Part shown: positions 19,584 to 29,597 of the stretch, one piece after another | Layout of the letters: the number at the start of each line of letters is the position of its first letter | How positions within the stretch are numbered: position 1 is the stretch's first letter | Assembly: GCA_963746775.1 (NCBI GenBank) | Contig: CAVVCK010000002.1 | Span: 11,571-75,570, forward strand | Source of the DNA: an uncultured bacterium | Lineage (GTDB): Bacteria > Patescibacteriota > JABMPQ01 > CAVVCK01 | Length of the DNA stretch: 64,000 bases | Direction: 5' to 3' | Translations under genes and position numbers: made by a program | Notes under the pieces: generated by a model | The model's input: the letters and a program-made list of their open reading frames with translations, nothing else | Database searches by the model: none | Told to the model about the DNA's origin: nothing

Positions 19584-19933
19584 TCAAATAATTCTATCAA
19601 TTTTTATAATTGATTCATCATCTAACTCGTAATTCTGCCAAGAAGTATATTTGTATTTTTTGGGATTATCAACTAAGCTATGTTTTAAAAAATTTCCATT
19701 GGTATAATTCCCCTTTTCTTCTAGATCTTTATTATTGCGAATTACGTGGTCGTAAAAACGGGGCTGCCATATTTTTTGTTATTTAACATTTTAGCAAGAG
19801 ATTTTAATATTAGTTCCCGGTTCCATTTTTTGATTTTATTATTATTGTTTATGTTTTTAATCCATTTTAAATATTCAGGTGATTCATTCGATATCGCGTA
19901 GTGGCTGGATCCCTGTCCAGCTTGTCTGGACAC
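19584..19933 (-). pseudogene. Remnant of a REP-associated tyrosine transposase (RAYT / IS200-like Y1 transposase, COG1943): C-terminal part only, frameshifted in a T6 run near 19772-19777
   Basis: The joined reading ...NKIKKWNRELILKSLAKMLNNKK|IWQPRFYDHVIRNNKDLEEKGNYTNGNFLKHSLVDNPKKY... matches the RAYT C-terminal signature (E. coli RayT: IWQPRFWEHAIRN...YIYINPVKHG). No HuH motif is present upstream. Confidence 0.5.
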
Positions 19934-19962
19934 CGGACGGACGGGGGTCTGTCAACTACGCG
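19895..19962. repeat. REP-like GC-rich structured repeat, copy B; overlaps the 5' end of the RAYT remnant
   Basis: CGCGTAGT...ACTACGCG 8-bp terminal stem and an inner hairpin GCTGGA-tccctg-TCCAGC. Confidence 0.5.
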
Positions 19963-19993
19963 AAAAAAATATTATTCTTTTTATGTAATAATA

Positions 19994-20641
19994 TCAATCT
20001 TTTATGCTTGCTCCAGCCGTATATCCCTTACTTTCCGCTTCTTCCTTGGAACTAAAACAAACTTTATTTTCTTCTTTTATGTTCTTGGCAGTACCTGAAT
20101 CTGGTAAATGGTATTTATCACTATTTTTACTGCCTACATACTTACAATTTTCAGCGCTATCTGATTCTGTACTTTCTTCTGAACCTGAAATAGATTTTTC
20201 AGAACTCGTAGTGCTATTTGTAGTTACTAAAGTATAACCTTGCTCCTCTGCTTCTTCCTGCGAGTCAAACCACATCATATTATCACTTGCTATATTCCCT
20301 ACTTCTTTACTATTAAAAGGATAAAATTTGTTATTTTCAATATTACCCACAAAAACTCCTTCATTGTTTATTTCTTTCGAAACATTTTCTTTATTATCAT
20401 TTTCATCGCTGCTTACTTTTGTATCTTCTGTTTTTACTTCCTCTTTACTATCTACTTTAGCTTCAGTATCTTTATTTTCAAAAATATTACTTTCATCTAT
20501 TTCTATAGGTTCAGATTTTGATACTATAGATAATCTTCCAGCAGCGAAACTAATGGCGCAAACTAAAATAAATCCTATTGTTAAAATAATCTTATCTTGA
20601 TGATCTTTAAAAAATTCTTTTATATTTTCTATTCTTGACAT
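19994..20641 (-). CDS. Membrane-anchored acidic protein with two about-35-aa tandem repeats (aromatic-His...Cys...F.S.EEAE..GYT)
   Basis: N-terminal TM helix, then an E/D/K/S-rich region. Repeats: KFYPFNSKEVGNIASDNMMWFDSQEEAEEQGYT and KYHLPDSGTAKNIKEENKVCFSSKEEAESKGYT. Confidence 0.45.
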   Translation of the reverse strand: MSRIENIKEFFKDHQDKIILTIGFILVCAISFAAGRLSIVSKSEPIEIDESNIFENKDTEAKVDSKEEVKTEDTKVSSDENDNKENVSKEINNEGVFVGNIENNKFYPFNSKEVGNIASDNMMWFDSQEEAEEQGYTLVTTNSTTSSEKSISGSEESTESDSAENCKYVGSKNSDKYHLPDSGTAKNIKEENKVCFSSKEEAESKGYTAGASIKD

Positions 20642-20696
20642 AGAGTTTGGGATAGATTATATTATTTAAAAGGATAATTTAACTTAAAATAATAAT

Positions 20697-20975
20697 ATGT
20701 CACATCGTAAAGCTGGTGGTTCTACATCACTAGGACGAGATTCTATATCTAAAAGACTAGGTGTTAAAAAATCAAATGGTCAGACAGTTGGAGCTGGTAT
20801 GATTTTAGTAAGACAACGAGGTACTAAATATAGAGCAGGTAAAAATGTTAAAAAAGGTGGAGATGATACCTTGTTTTCTCTTATAGAAGGTGTTGTAGAA
20901 TTTAAAAAGAAAATGGTTAAAAAGTTTGATGGGAATTTAAGAAAAACTTGTTTTGTGAATGTATTTGATAAATAA
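20697..20975 (+). CDS. rpmA: 50S ribosomal protein L27
   Basis: [51 protein letters not shown] is the canonical L27 N-terminus. Confidence 0.9.
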   Translation: MSHRKAGGSTSLGRDSISKRLGVKKSNGQTVGAGMILVRQRGTKYRAGKNVKKGGDDTLFSLIEGVVEFKKKMVKKFDGNLRKTCFVNVFDK

Positions 20976-21025
20976 GCTGATATAGCGGATTTTGCGGAAT
21001 TGTAAATAGAAGTTATTCTATATAA

Positions 21026-21052
21026 ATAACATGCATTATGAGCATGTTATTT
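21026..21052. terminator. Bidirectional terminator between rpmA and pyrG
   Basis: AATAACATGC-attatga-GCATGTTATT followed by TTTGTTTG. Confidence 0.65.
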
Positions 21053-21064
21053 TGTTTGAAAAAA

Positions 21065-22732
21065 TTATTTTTTATTGCTTTCTTTTATGAATTCTATAAA
21101 CAACGGATGAGGATTGAGAGGTGTTGACTTATATTCGGGATGGCCCTGAGTGGCTATAAAAAAAGGATGTTTTTCTTTGGGTAACTCTATTATTTCAACA
21201 AAGAAATTATCAGGTGAAGTACCAGAAATAATTAAACCCTTATCTTCTAAATCTTTCCTATATTCATTATTAAATTCAAATCTGTGTCTATGTCTTTCTG
21301 AGACTATGCCTTTGCTTTTATCCTTAAACCCATTATATTTATCATAAATTAAATATGCCAAGCTGTTCTTTTTCAAAACACAATCAAAAGATCCTAATCT
21401 CATAGAACAACCGTCACCTTTTATAGTCTGATATTTTTTATTAAAAGGTATGCTGTGAATTATTTTATGCTTTGATTTTGGATTTACTTCTTCCGTGTGA
21501 GCATCCTTCCAGCCTACTACATTGCGCGCATATTCCACAGCAGCTAATTGCATGCCATAACATAGACCCAGGTAGGGTATTTTATTCTCACGTGCATATT
21601 TTATTGCCTTTATTTTACCCTCAATCCCTCTGGTCCCCCAACCTATGGGAACAATTATTCCTTGAACACCTTTTAATTCCTGATTCATAGTCTTTTCTTT
21701 TTTCTCAGAATTAATGGGTATTAAATCAAGCTCTAAATTGTTATAGATACAGGCATGTTTTATAGATTCTAATAAAGCATAATAAGAATCCATCAAAGAA
21801 GAATCACCGGTAGAAAAATATTTACCAACAATAGCTATTTTAACAGATTTTTTCTTTTTATCTCTAATTTTTTTAACATAACCATTCCAATCTGTTAAAT
21901 CTAATTTTTTCTTTGGTTTTAGACCAAAATATTTTAATATTCTTTTATCAAAATCCTGATTTTTAAAATGATTAGGGATGCTATAGATAGTATCAACGTT
22001 TTCATTGGATAAAATATCTTCTTTCTTTATATTAAATTTTAGGGCGAATTTATATTTTCTTTGATCGTCAACTGGTATTTCACTCCTAATGACAATGAAA
22101 TTAGCTGTAATGCCCATGCTCATTAAATTTTTTAAACCAAATTGAGCTGGTTTTGTTTTGGGTTCTCCTATATGCGGAGGTACTGGTACATAAGTTACAT
22201 GGACGTTAGCTACTTGTTCTGTCGTAGATAAAATTCTTACTGCTTCATAGTACAAGCCATTATTGTTTTCATATTCACCCACTGTTCCGCCTAATTCAAT
22301 TACTAAAAAATCTGCTTTACTTTTTTTAGCTGCTTCTTTATATCTTCTAATAATTTCATTAACTACGTGAGGAATAGGCTCTACATCTTCACCTTCATAT
22401 TTCATTTGCCTCTCATTATGTATGACCTGTTGATACAGCTGTCCCATAGTCATAAAATTATCATGACCAACTTTTTGGTTCAAAAATCTTTCATAATTTC
22501 CCAAATCAATATCAGCTTCTAAACCATCATAACAAAGGAATGGATCCCCGTGTTCTATGGGATTAATAGTTCCAAAATCTACATTTAAATTATTCTCGCA
22601 TTTAATAGGACAAACTGTGTAACCTTGTCTTTTTAACAATAAAGATATAGTAGCCGCTGTTACACCCTTCCCTAGGGCGGATAAAACTCCTCCTGATACG
22701 AATATGTATTTTGTTTTTTTGTTATTGCTCAT
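21065..22732 (-). CDS. pyrG: CTP synthase
   Basis: N-terminal KYIFVSGGVLSALGKG; the GATase domain with GLCYGMQ and HPE..H. Confidence 0.95.
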   Translation of the reverse strand: MSNNKKTKYIFVSGGVLSALGKGVTAATISLLLKRQGYTVCPIKCENNLNVDFGTINPIEHGDPFLCYDGLEADIDLGNYERFLNQKVGHDNFMTMGQLYQQVIHNERQMKYEGEDVEPIPHVVNEIIRRYKEAAKKSKADFLVIELGGTVGEYENNNGLYYEAVRILSTTEQVANVHVTYVPVPPHIGEPKTKPAQFGLKNLMSMGITANFIVIRSEIPVDDQRKYKFALKFNIKKEDILSNENVDTIYSIPNHFKNQDFDKRILKYFGLKPKKKLDLTDWNGYVKKIRDKKKKSVKIAIVGKYFSTGDSSLMDSYYALLESIKHACIYNNLELDLIPINSEKKEKTMNQELKGVQGIIVPIGWGTRGIEGKIKAIKYARENKIPYLGLCYGMQLAAVEYARNVVGWKDAHTEEVNPKSKHKIIHSIPFNKKYQTIKGDGCSMRLGSFDCVLKKNSLAYLIYDKYNGFKDKSKGIVSERHRHRFEFNNEYRKDLEDKGLIISGTSPDNFFVEIIELPKEKHPFFIATQGHPEYKSTPLNPHPLFIEFIKESNKK

Positions 22733-22837
22733 TTTTATTATAAATTAAACTATTAATCAAAGATTCAGGATTAAATATAAATCAAAAATAATTTTAATCT
22801 AATCAACCTTCAATTAAAATTTTATAAATTATATAAT

Positions 22838-23287
22838 CTATTTTTCTGCTACGATTTTTATATCTAAAGAAATTTTAATTTCTTTGTGTAAAACAATTTT
22901 TATTTTATAATCACCTATTTCTTTTATGGGATCGGAAATTTCAATATTTTTAGAATCTATGTCTTGTCCAGTAATCTTTTTGATATTGGTTGCTATTTCT
23001 TTTTCTGTAATACTGCCAAATAGTTTACCATTTTTTTCTGTTTTAGCTTGAATGGTTATTGCTTGACCTTCTAAAATTTTAGCTTTATTTTGAGCATCTT
23101 CCTTTATTTTATCATCATCAGCCTTTTTATTTTTTAAATCCTCATTAATTTTTTTAATGGCAGCTTTGGTGGCAGGAATAGCTAAATTTTTAGGAAATAA
23201 AAAATTACGAGCAAAACCTGACTTCACTACTTTTAGCTCACCTTTTTCTCCTAGATTTTCTACGTTTTCATTTAAAATAATTTTCAT
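22838..23287 (-). CDS. rplI: 50S ribosomal protein L9
   Basis: MKIILNENVENLGEKGELKVVKSGFARNFLFPKNLA is the L9 N-domain. Confidence 0.85.
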   Translation of the reverse strand: MKIILNENVENLGEKGELKVVKSGFARNFLFPKNLAIPATKAAIKKINEDLKNKKADDDKIKEDAQNKAKILEGQAITIQAKTEKNGKLFGSITEKEIATNIKKITGQDIDSKNIEISDPIKEIGDYKIKIVLHKEIKISLDIKIVAEK

Positions 23288-23328
23288 AATAACCCTTTTA
23301 ATTCTTCCTTATCAGAAAGAATAATTAA

Positions 23329-23604
23329 TTAATATTTAATATTAAAACTATCGAAATCTCCTCTATATTTTTCCCATTTTTCTTTTATATTAAGTACTTT
23401 AGCACCAGCTGATCCTTCATAACACCACTTTATAAATAATTTTAAATCATTTTTTTCTCCTTCAGCTATAATTCCAACAGTTCCATCTCCCTCATTTTTA
23501 ACAAACCCAGTTAAATTAAGCTTAATAGCATTTTCTTGAGCACTAACTCTATACAAAACACCTTGTACTTGTCCTGATATTTTAAGTACAACTCTTTTTA
23601 ACAT
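23329..23604 (-). CDS. acyP: Acylphosphatase
   Basis: ISGQVQGVLYRVSAQ...GFVKNEGDGTV matches the V.G.VQGV.FR / G.V.N..DG.V acylphosphatase signatures. Confidence 0.8.
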   Translation of the reverse strand: MLKRVVLKISGQVQGVLYRVSAQENAIKLNLTGFVKNEGDGTVGIIAEGEKNDLKLFIKWCYEGSAGAKVLNIKEKWEKYRGDFDSFNIKY

Positions 23605-23606
23605 GG

Positions 23607-24842
23607 CTATTTACTATCTACAATTTCTTTGGCTTTATCTAATTGCGGATCACGGTCGTTATTATAATCTTCTTCAGTTAGTTCTACTTTATCTGTTGGT
23701 TCGATTCCTTCTTTGTTTATATTCTTTCCGCTAGGTGTTAACCATTTAGCAATAGTAATTCTTAGACTCGAACCATCATCGAGATACTCAAGTTCCTGCA
23801 CTGACCCTTTGCCATAAGTTGTCTCACCTACTAAGGGCACTGATTTATTTTCATTTAAGGCACCGGCTAATATTTCAGAGGCACTGGCACTGCCATTATT
23901 TACTAAAATAACCAAAGGAATTGAAGATAGGCGATCTCCACCATTAGTTTTATATTCTTTTTTATCATCTCCTTCTTTGGTTGAAACCTGATAAGTTACC
24001 GTCTTCCCCTTTTCCATTAAAATACTGGCAACATCTATGGATGTATTTAAATATCCACCGGAATTATTTCTTAAATCTAGGATTATACCTTTTGGTTTAA
24101 TAGCCAAGACATCCGATGAAATCATTTTTAATTCATTAGCTGTATTTTCTCCAAAATAGGATAATTTAATATAGGCAATATTATTATCTTTTTCTGATTT
24201 TATACTTTTCCACTCTACGCTTTTTACTTCAATTTTAGCTCTTTTGATAGTATTTTCTTTGGCTTCTTCGTCGTCTCTAGCAATAGAAAGTGTAACTTCA
24301 GTATCTTTTTTACCTCTAATTAAATTTACAGCTTCAATTAAACTCATAGCGCTCGTATCTTTACTATCTATTTTCAAAATTACATCACGAGCTCTTAAAC
24401 CGGCTTTTTCAGCTGGCGAATCTGCTATAGGAGATATTATCGTTAACTGATTATTTTTAATACCAATTTCAGCACCAATTCCTTCAAAATTACCGTCTAT
24501 TTCTCCCTTAAATTCTTTTGATTGTTCTGGATCCATAAAAGCAGTATAGGGATCATCCAGTGAAGATACCATGCCATTTATAGCGCCATAAAGCATCTTT
24601 TTATAATCCAATGGCTGTTCTATGTACTTTTTTTCAATTAAATTCCAAGCATCCCAAAAAAGATTAAAATCAACTTTATCTGTATTATCGGAATTTTTAT
24701 TAGCCAAAAGATCATTTTGATTATTGGTATTATTTCTAACAAAATTACTTCTGCCAACAAGCAAACCAACCGTAAAACTTCCTAATATTAATAGGACTGC
24801 TAGATAGACATGGAAGTATTTTTTGGAATTTTTAGAAAGCAT
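23607..24842 (-). CDS. ctp: S41-family carboxyl-terminal processing protease with a PDZ domain, membrane-anchored
   Basis: PDZ GLRARDVILKIDSKDTS; S41 motifs ILDLRNNSGGYL and LVNNGSASASEILAGAL; N-terminal TM helix. Confidence 0.85.
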   Translation of the reverse strand: MLSKNSKKYFHVYLAVLLILGSFTVGLLVGRSNFVRNNTNNQNDLLANKNSDNTDKVDFNLFWDAWNLIEKKYIEQPLDYKKMLYGAINGMVSSLDDPYTAFMDPEQSKEFKGEIDGNFEGIGAEIGIKNNQLTIISPIADSPAEKAGLRARDVILKIDSKDTSAMSLIEAVNLIRGKKDTEVTLSIARDDEEAKENTIKRAKIEVKSVEWKSIKSEKDNNIAYIKLSYFGENTANELKMISSDVLAIKPKGIILDLRNNSGGYLNTSIDVASILMEKGKTVTYQVSTKEGDDKKEYKTNGGDRLSSIPLVILVNNGSASASEILAGALNENKSVPLVGETTYGKGSVQELEYLDDGSSLRITIAKWLTPSGKNINKEGIEPTDKVELTEEDYNNDRDPQLDKAKEIVDSK

Positions 24843-24847
24843 ATTTA

Positions 24848-26851
24848 TTAATAATTAACTACAAATTCTAGATCTGTAAGTAAATTAGTCTTATATTCTA
24901 CCTTTTTATTATTTTCTAGTAAAGTTCCTGAACCTATTGGTGAAAATGATTTAATATTATTCGCTGTGTTAATATTTATGGTTAAATCTGGATTTATAGT
25001 TCCTGGCTGTTTCTGTACTTTTAACTTATAACCATTATTCTTTAAATCTTTAGATAATTTTTCCGGTAAGTAATATTCATAAGTTAAATCTCTTTGTTCC
25101 CCAGGTTCTATAGAAGTGAAGGTACCGATAGATTCTTTATCTAGTTCATTAATAATTTCATAAGTCATGCCTGCTTCTTTGTAATATTGAGATCCTTTTT
25201 CGTTTCCATCAATACTAATTAATTCTGAATCTTGAGGAATATATATTCTATTCCAAGTTCGATAGCGAGTTGTTCTCCAAGAAAAACCAGGAGCATTATT
25301 AATGTGTGTTAGGATAACTTTTACCTTGGCTTTATCCCCGTTATTTAAATCAATATTATAATTAATTTTTCGTTTTACATAAGAATCGGTTTTCAAGCTG
25401 GCCATATTAGCATCTATAGAGGCAAAATAATCACCTGCTGTTTCTTCTATCTTTCCTCCCCAATTCTCATTTTCAATAAACTTTTGTGTTTCTTCATCTT
25501 GAGAGTATATTAAAAACTGTTTTTCATCTAGTGACGTGGAAAGAGTTTGTAAAAGTGTTATTAATTTATCTTGAGGCAGGCTATATAGCTTTCCAATTAT
25601 TTCTGTAGCCAATCCACCGAGTAAATCTTTTCTAAACTCTTCTTTTAAGCCAAGTTCGGCAAATCTTTTACTAACTTGATATTGAATTAACTCGGTTACA
25701 TTGTCAGATGTAAATTCTTTAGGAAAATCTGCCACTGAAACTGGACCAGTTACCTTAAGTAAATATTCTAAAAAAGTACAAGTAATAGCCATAACACCGT
25801 CAAAATTTTCTTCTCCTCCTTCGAGATGATAAATATTCTCAACATTTTGGGCAGATGTTGGAAAATCAGGAGACCAATTTGCATCTCTTAGATACCAAGT
25901 ATCAAGTGCAGGATGAACTAATTTGGGTAATTGCCAGGGAGGAGTAATTTTAGTTTCTGAAGGATTGTCAACGTTATAGGTATCGTTTGTTTTAAAATCA
26001 GCAATTTCTCCACCTTTAATATGTAGGATTCCAAAACTGCCAATAAATCCGCCAGAAGGTCTTAATTCGGTATTATTTTGGAATAGCATTAAATAAGTTT
26101 GCTCATTGGGATATCCTCCAAATTTGGGAAGCATTCTGGACAGTAATACTCCATTTTCTAAAAATTGCTTGGCCTGTGGCAAATAATCTGAAACCATGTT
26201 TTTTGCCTCCTCTATTTCTTTAATAACTCCAAAAGTAGGCATGTTGTTTAGTTCGATTTCAGCTAATTCTAGTTTACTTTGAGCAGCTTCTAAAGAAGGG
26301 GTTGATTGATATAAATTTTTTAGCACCTCTTCTTTTTGCTCCGGAGTAAGATTACCTATCTGGCTGACATTTTTAAATTCAATAGGAGAAACTATAGTTT
26401 CGGCAACATTAAGCGTGTCTTTAAAAGTTGAAATTATTCCTATGCCAGCTGTTAATAATTTATCAGCAGCCTTATATTGTATATTAACAAAAGGAATTAT
26501 TTTAACCCATTTTAATTTCGATAATGATGCCTGAGATCTTTTAAAATCTTCTTCGCTAGAGGCAAGAGCGATGGCTGCTCCCGATATTTTCATTTCTTTA
26601 ATAGCTGCTTGTGCCAAAAGAATATCTGATTTACCTTGCTTGGCATTATAATAAGCAGACAAAGCAGGTTTGATACTAAAAATTCCTAAACCCATTAAGC
26701 CAATTAAAATAACAGCTACAATTAAACCAGTAATTTTGGCTATTTTTTTGTATTTTATTGCTTTTTCTTTTTTTTCAGGAAGAATTTTCTTTTCTTCTTC
26801 TTTGCTATTGTTTTGATTACTTATTGCTTGTTCCAGAGAGATTTTTTTCAT
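24848..26851 (-). CDS. Hypothetical membrane-anchored protein with a large extracytoplasmic domain (possibly DUF4012-like)
   Basis: Lys-rich N-terminus, a single TM helix, and a 600-aa hydrophilic domain with no motif I can assign confidently. Confidence 0.35.
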   Translation of the reverse strand: MKKISLEQAISNQNNSKEEEKKILPEKKEKAIKYKKIAKITGLIVAVILIGLMGLGIFSIKPALSAYYNAKQGKSDILLAQAAIKEMKISGAAIALASSEEDFKRSQASLSKLKWVKIIPFVNIQYKAADKLLTAGIGIISTFKDTLNVAETIVSPIEFKNVSQIGNLTPEQKEEVLKNLYQSTPSLEAAQSKLELAEIELNNMPTFGVIKEIEEAKNMVSDYLPQAKQFLENGVLLSRMLPKFGGYPNEQTYLMLFQNNTELRPSGGFIGSFGILHIKGGEIADFKTNDTYNVDNPSETKITPPWQLPKLVHPALDTWYLRDANWSPDFPTSAQNVENIYHLEGGEENFDGVMAITCTFLEYLLKVTGPVSVADFPKEFTSDNVTELIQYQVSKRFAELGLKEEFRKDLLGGLATEIIGKLYSLPQDKLITLLQTLSTSLDEKQFLIYSQDEETQKFIENENWGGKIEETAGDYFASIDANMASLKTDSYVKRKINYNIDLNNGDKAKVKVILTHINNAPGFSWRTTRYRTWNRIYIPQDSELISIDGNEKGSQYYKEAGMTYEIINELDKESIGTFTSIEPGEQRDLTYEYYLPEKLSKDLKNNGYKLKVQKQPGTINPDLTININTANNIKSFSPIGSGTLLENNKKVEYKTNLLTDLEFVVNY

Positions 26852-27713
26852 TTATATTTGTATTATAATTTGGAATATTTTTATCTTTATGTCTCCAATA
26901 TTTAAAAAAGAATTTTACAGCGGAAGCTATATGGATTCTGGTAATTTTATTAAACATAGATTTTAAAATACTTGGCTCAGAGGCTGATGCTCTTTGATAA
27001 TAATGTACCATTTCAAATTTAGGAGAATAAACAACTCTATAATCATTATTCCAAAATCTTCGACACCAATCAACATCTTCCATATACATAAAAAATCGCT
27101 CATCCATTAAACCTACCTTATTAATGGCTTCTTTCCTAATAAACATACAAGAACCCAGGATCCAGGCCACTTCACTCTCTTGTTTATGATCCCAATCAGT
27201 CATTAAAAATTTATTCACCTTATCCTTTGCGCTTTCTGTTTTGCCTAAAATAGTACGACGATACAAAACCATTTTTAGGGAAGGATATTGGCTAAAGCAA
27301 GAATATTGAATTGAACCATTTGGATTTAGTAATTTTGGTCCTAGAACTGCTATATCTTTATTTTCTTCCATGTATTGATACATCTGATCAAGACAATTTT
27401 GAATGACTGTAATATCTGGATTCAAAACTAAAACATATTTGGAAGCTCTGGATTTTTTAATACCCTGATTAACAGCTCTTGGAAAACCTAAATTTTCTTT
27501 ATTATCAATTAAGATAACACTTTCTTCGAAATCATCTCTGATCATTTCCGCGCTGCCATCTTCAGAATTATTATCGACTGCAATAATTTCATAACCAAAA
27601 ATAGGTTTATTTTTTTGAATTGATTGAATACATTGTCTTAATAATGTAGGAGTTTTATAGTTTATAATTATTATAGAAAGAATAATTTCTTTATTTTGAT
27701 TATTATTTTCCAT
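26817..27713 (-). CDS. Family-2 glycosyltransferase
   Basis: LSIIIINYKTP...VDNNSEDGS...VLNPD fits the GT-A DxD architecture. Confidence 0.8.
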   Translation of the reverse strand: MENNNQNKEIILSIIIINYKTPTLLRQCIQSIQKNKPIFGYEIIAVDNNSEDGSAEMIRDDFEESVILIDNKENLGFPRAVNQGIKKSRASKYVLVLNPDITVIQNCLDQMYQYMEENKDIAVLGPKLLNPNGSIQYSCFSQYPSLKMVLYRRTILGKTESAKDKVNKFLMTDWDHKQESEVAWILGSCMFIRKEAINKVGLMDERFFMYMEDVDWCRRFWNNDYRVVYSPKFEMVHYYQRASASEPSILKSMFNKITRIHIASAVKFFFKYWRHKDKNIPNYNTNINEKNLSGTSNK

Positions 27714-27808
27714 TATTTTACAATAAAATTAAAAAGACATAACTTTCCTTAAATAAGCCTTTTATATAAAATAACATAGCAATATTTCAAAGTCAATGTA
27801 GAGTAAGT

Positions 27809-29446
27809 TTACCTATTTTCTATAGTTGGCTGATTAGCAGAAATATCGTTTATTTTTTCAAAAGAAACAAAAGTAATACAAATTATTAATAAATAGCCAA
27901 TTCCCAAAGGATGATTTAAATAGGGAGTGGTTATATTAATAATAACTAATCCGAATAAGGTAGCTAATAATCCCACAATTAAATATTTATAATTAAATTC
28001 TCTACTATTAGAACTATTTTTAAATTTAGAAATTAAGTTAAAGCCACTTTTAAATATTTTCCAGATAAACCATAAATAGATAGCAAGTCCTAAAATTCCA
28101 ATTTCTGTAATAGTATCTAGGTAAGACCATTCGAAAGCAAATACTTTCAAAATTCCAGCATGTCCGGGTACAACACTCTTGTATTGTATAACAGTACCAT
28201 AGCCCGATCCTATAATAGGATGTTCTGCTATTTTTTCAAAGACAGGAGTTATTAAATTAATTCTGCTAATAGCCGATGACTGTTCAGAAGGATTAATGAT
28301 GCTATTAATTCTATCATTTAAAATATCATATACCGGCGTAATCAATGTTCCGGTGATAATAATCAATAAAAAGATAAGTCCCAAAAAACTCAAAATAATT
28401 TTTGCTGATTTTTTCCAAGGAAGAAAAAATAATAAAAACACAAGTCCAGCCAAGCCTCCAATCCATAAACTTCTAGAAAATCCAACTAGCAGTGCTAGGG
28501 CAGAAGAAGCAATAATTGTAATAAGCCAAATATTTTGCCAAATAAGTCTAAAATTTAATTTTTGTTTTAATAAATAAAATAATAAAATAATAGCTACAAA
28601 AAGAGAGTAAATTTGTGCGGGGGTGAAATATCTAAATAAACCTCCGCCAATGTAAGTTATCTCCCCTACTCCCGTGTCTTTGGTCCATCTAAAAATCCAG
28701 ACGCCTCTAATATTTCTAAAGGCTTCCTGACTCTTTAACTCATCTTTAGCAGTAATGCCATGAGAAATATCTTCTGCTTCTTGCGTTTGTTCTTCTTCTT
28801 CGGCAAATTCATTACTTAGCGAGCCAGCCTTGTCTGGCCTGGCATCTTGGTGAAATATGGTAAATTCCAAGCTAATAAAAAGAGTCAAAATACTTGTAGT
28901 AAAAGCAGCCGCAATTAATATTTTTAATATGTTTTTGATCTCTTTTTTACTAGACAAAATATCAAACAAAACAAAAGCAAGAGCAAAATAAAAATACCCA
29001 TTTACATCAAAAAATATATTTTTTATGGAGTTGCCATTTATTAGAGCAGAGGCAACACCTATCACAATAATTATTGTTAAGAGCGCATAGTTTTTAAAAT
29101 ATTTTGTCTGAATAAAACTAAATTTATGCTCTCTTTTTTTAAAAAACCAAATAAGAAAAATTAAAGCAAATAAGGCTATGCGAAGTGATAAAACAAAACC
29201 GCCAACATTAAAAGAAAATAAGTAACCTTTTACCCCAATAAATAATTCAGTTAATAAGATAAGTACCCCATATTCTAATTTTTTTAGAGAAAGTGCCAAG
29301 GTAATAAAGAATATTAACCAAAAAATAATATCGTTTAATAGAGGAAAAACATAACCTAAAAAAGACAACAAATATATGCCTAAAAAAATAGCCGTTAATT
29401 TCAAGATTTGTTTTATGTTTAGAATACTATTCATAGAAATTTTCAA
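27809..29446 (-). CDS. O-antigen ligase / Wzy-like polymerase-family polytopic membrane protein
   Basis: At least 10 predicted TM helices with a central periplasmic loop; a Wzy_C-like region around RSLWIGGLAGLVFLLFF. Confidence 0.5.
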   Translation of the reverse strand: MKISMNSILNIKQILKLTAIFLGIYLLSFLGYVFPLLNDIIFWLIFFITLALSLKKLEYGVLILLTELFIGVKGYLFSFNVGGFVLSLRIALFALIFLIWFFKKREHKFSFIQTKYFKNYALLTIIIVIGVASALINGNSIKNIFFDVNGYFYFALAFVLFDILSSKKEIKNILKILIAAAFTTSILTLFISLEFTIFHQDARPDKAGSLSNEFAEEEEQTQEAEDISHGITAKDELKSQEAFRNIRGVWIFRWTKDTGVGEITYIGGGLFRYFTPAQIYSLFVAIILLFYLLKQKLNFRLIWQNIWLITIIASSALALLVGFSRSLWIGGLAGLVFLLFFLPWKKSAKIILSFLGLIFLLIIITGTLITPVYDILNDRINSIINPSEQSSAISRINLITPVFEKIAEHPIIGSGYGTVIQYKSVVPGHAGILKVFAFEWSYLDTITEIGILGLAIYLWFIWKIFKSGFNLISKFKNSSNSREFNYKYLIVGLLATLFGLVIINITTPYLNHPLGIGYLLIICITFVSFEKINDISANQPTIENR

Positions 29447-29597
29447 TGACTAATTATTAAATTTTAAAAATTTAGAATTTGACATTAAAAATTTTATTAG
29501 AAATTAGATATTAGTAATTAGGCATTAATAAAATTCTTTAAATTGTCAGATTTTGTATTCAACCTTTTACTTCTATATTTTTAAGATAGCCGTGTTC

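Noticed and set aside
19328-19933. Considered that the gene upstream of the Phd-like antitoxin is its cognate toxin (Doc/YoeB/RelE)
   Set aside because: Its translation carries the RAYT C-terminal signature IWQPRFYDHVIRN, not the Fic/Doc HxFx(D/N)GNKR or the RelE/YoeB folds, so the antitoxin appears orphaned.
19901-20600. Four plus-strand ORFs (65-93 aa) overlapping 19994-20641
   Set aside because: Antisense to the repeat-containing membrane protein gene, with low-complexity translations.
21150-21690. Two plus-strand ORFs inside pyrG
   Set aside because: Antisense to CTP synthase.
24244-28577. Antisense ORFs inside ctp (24244-24450) and the Wzy-like gene (28296-28577)
   Set aside because: Antisense to confident CDSs.
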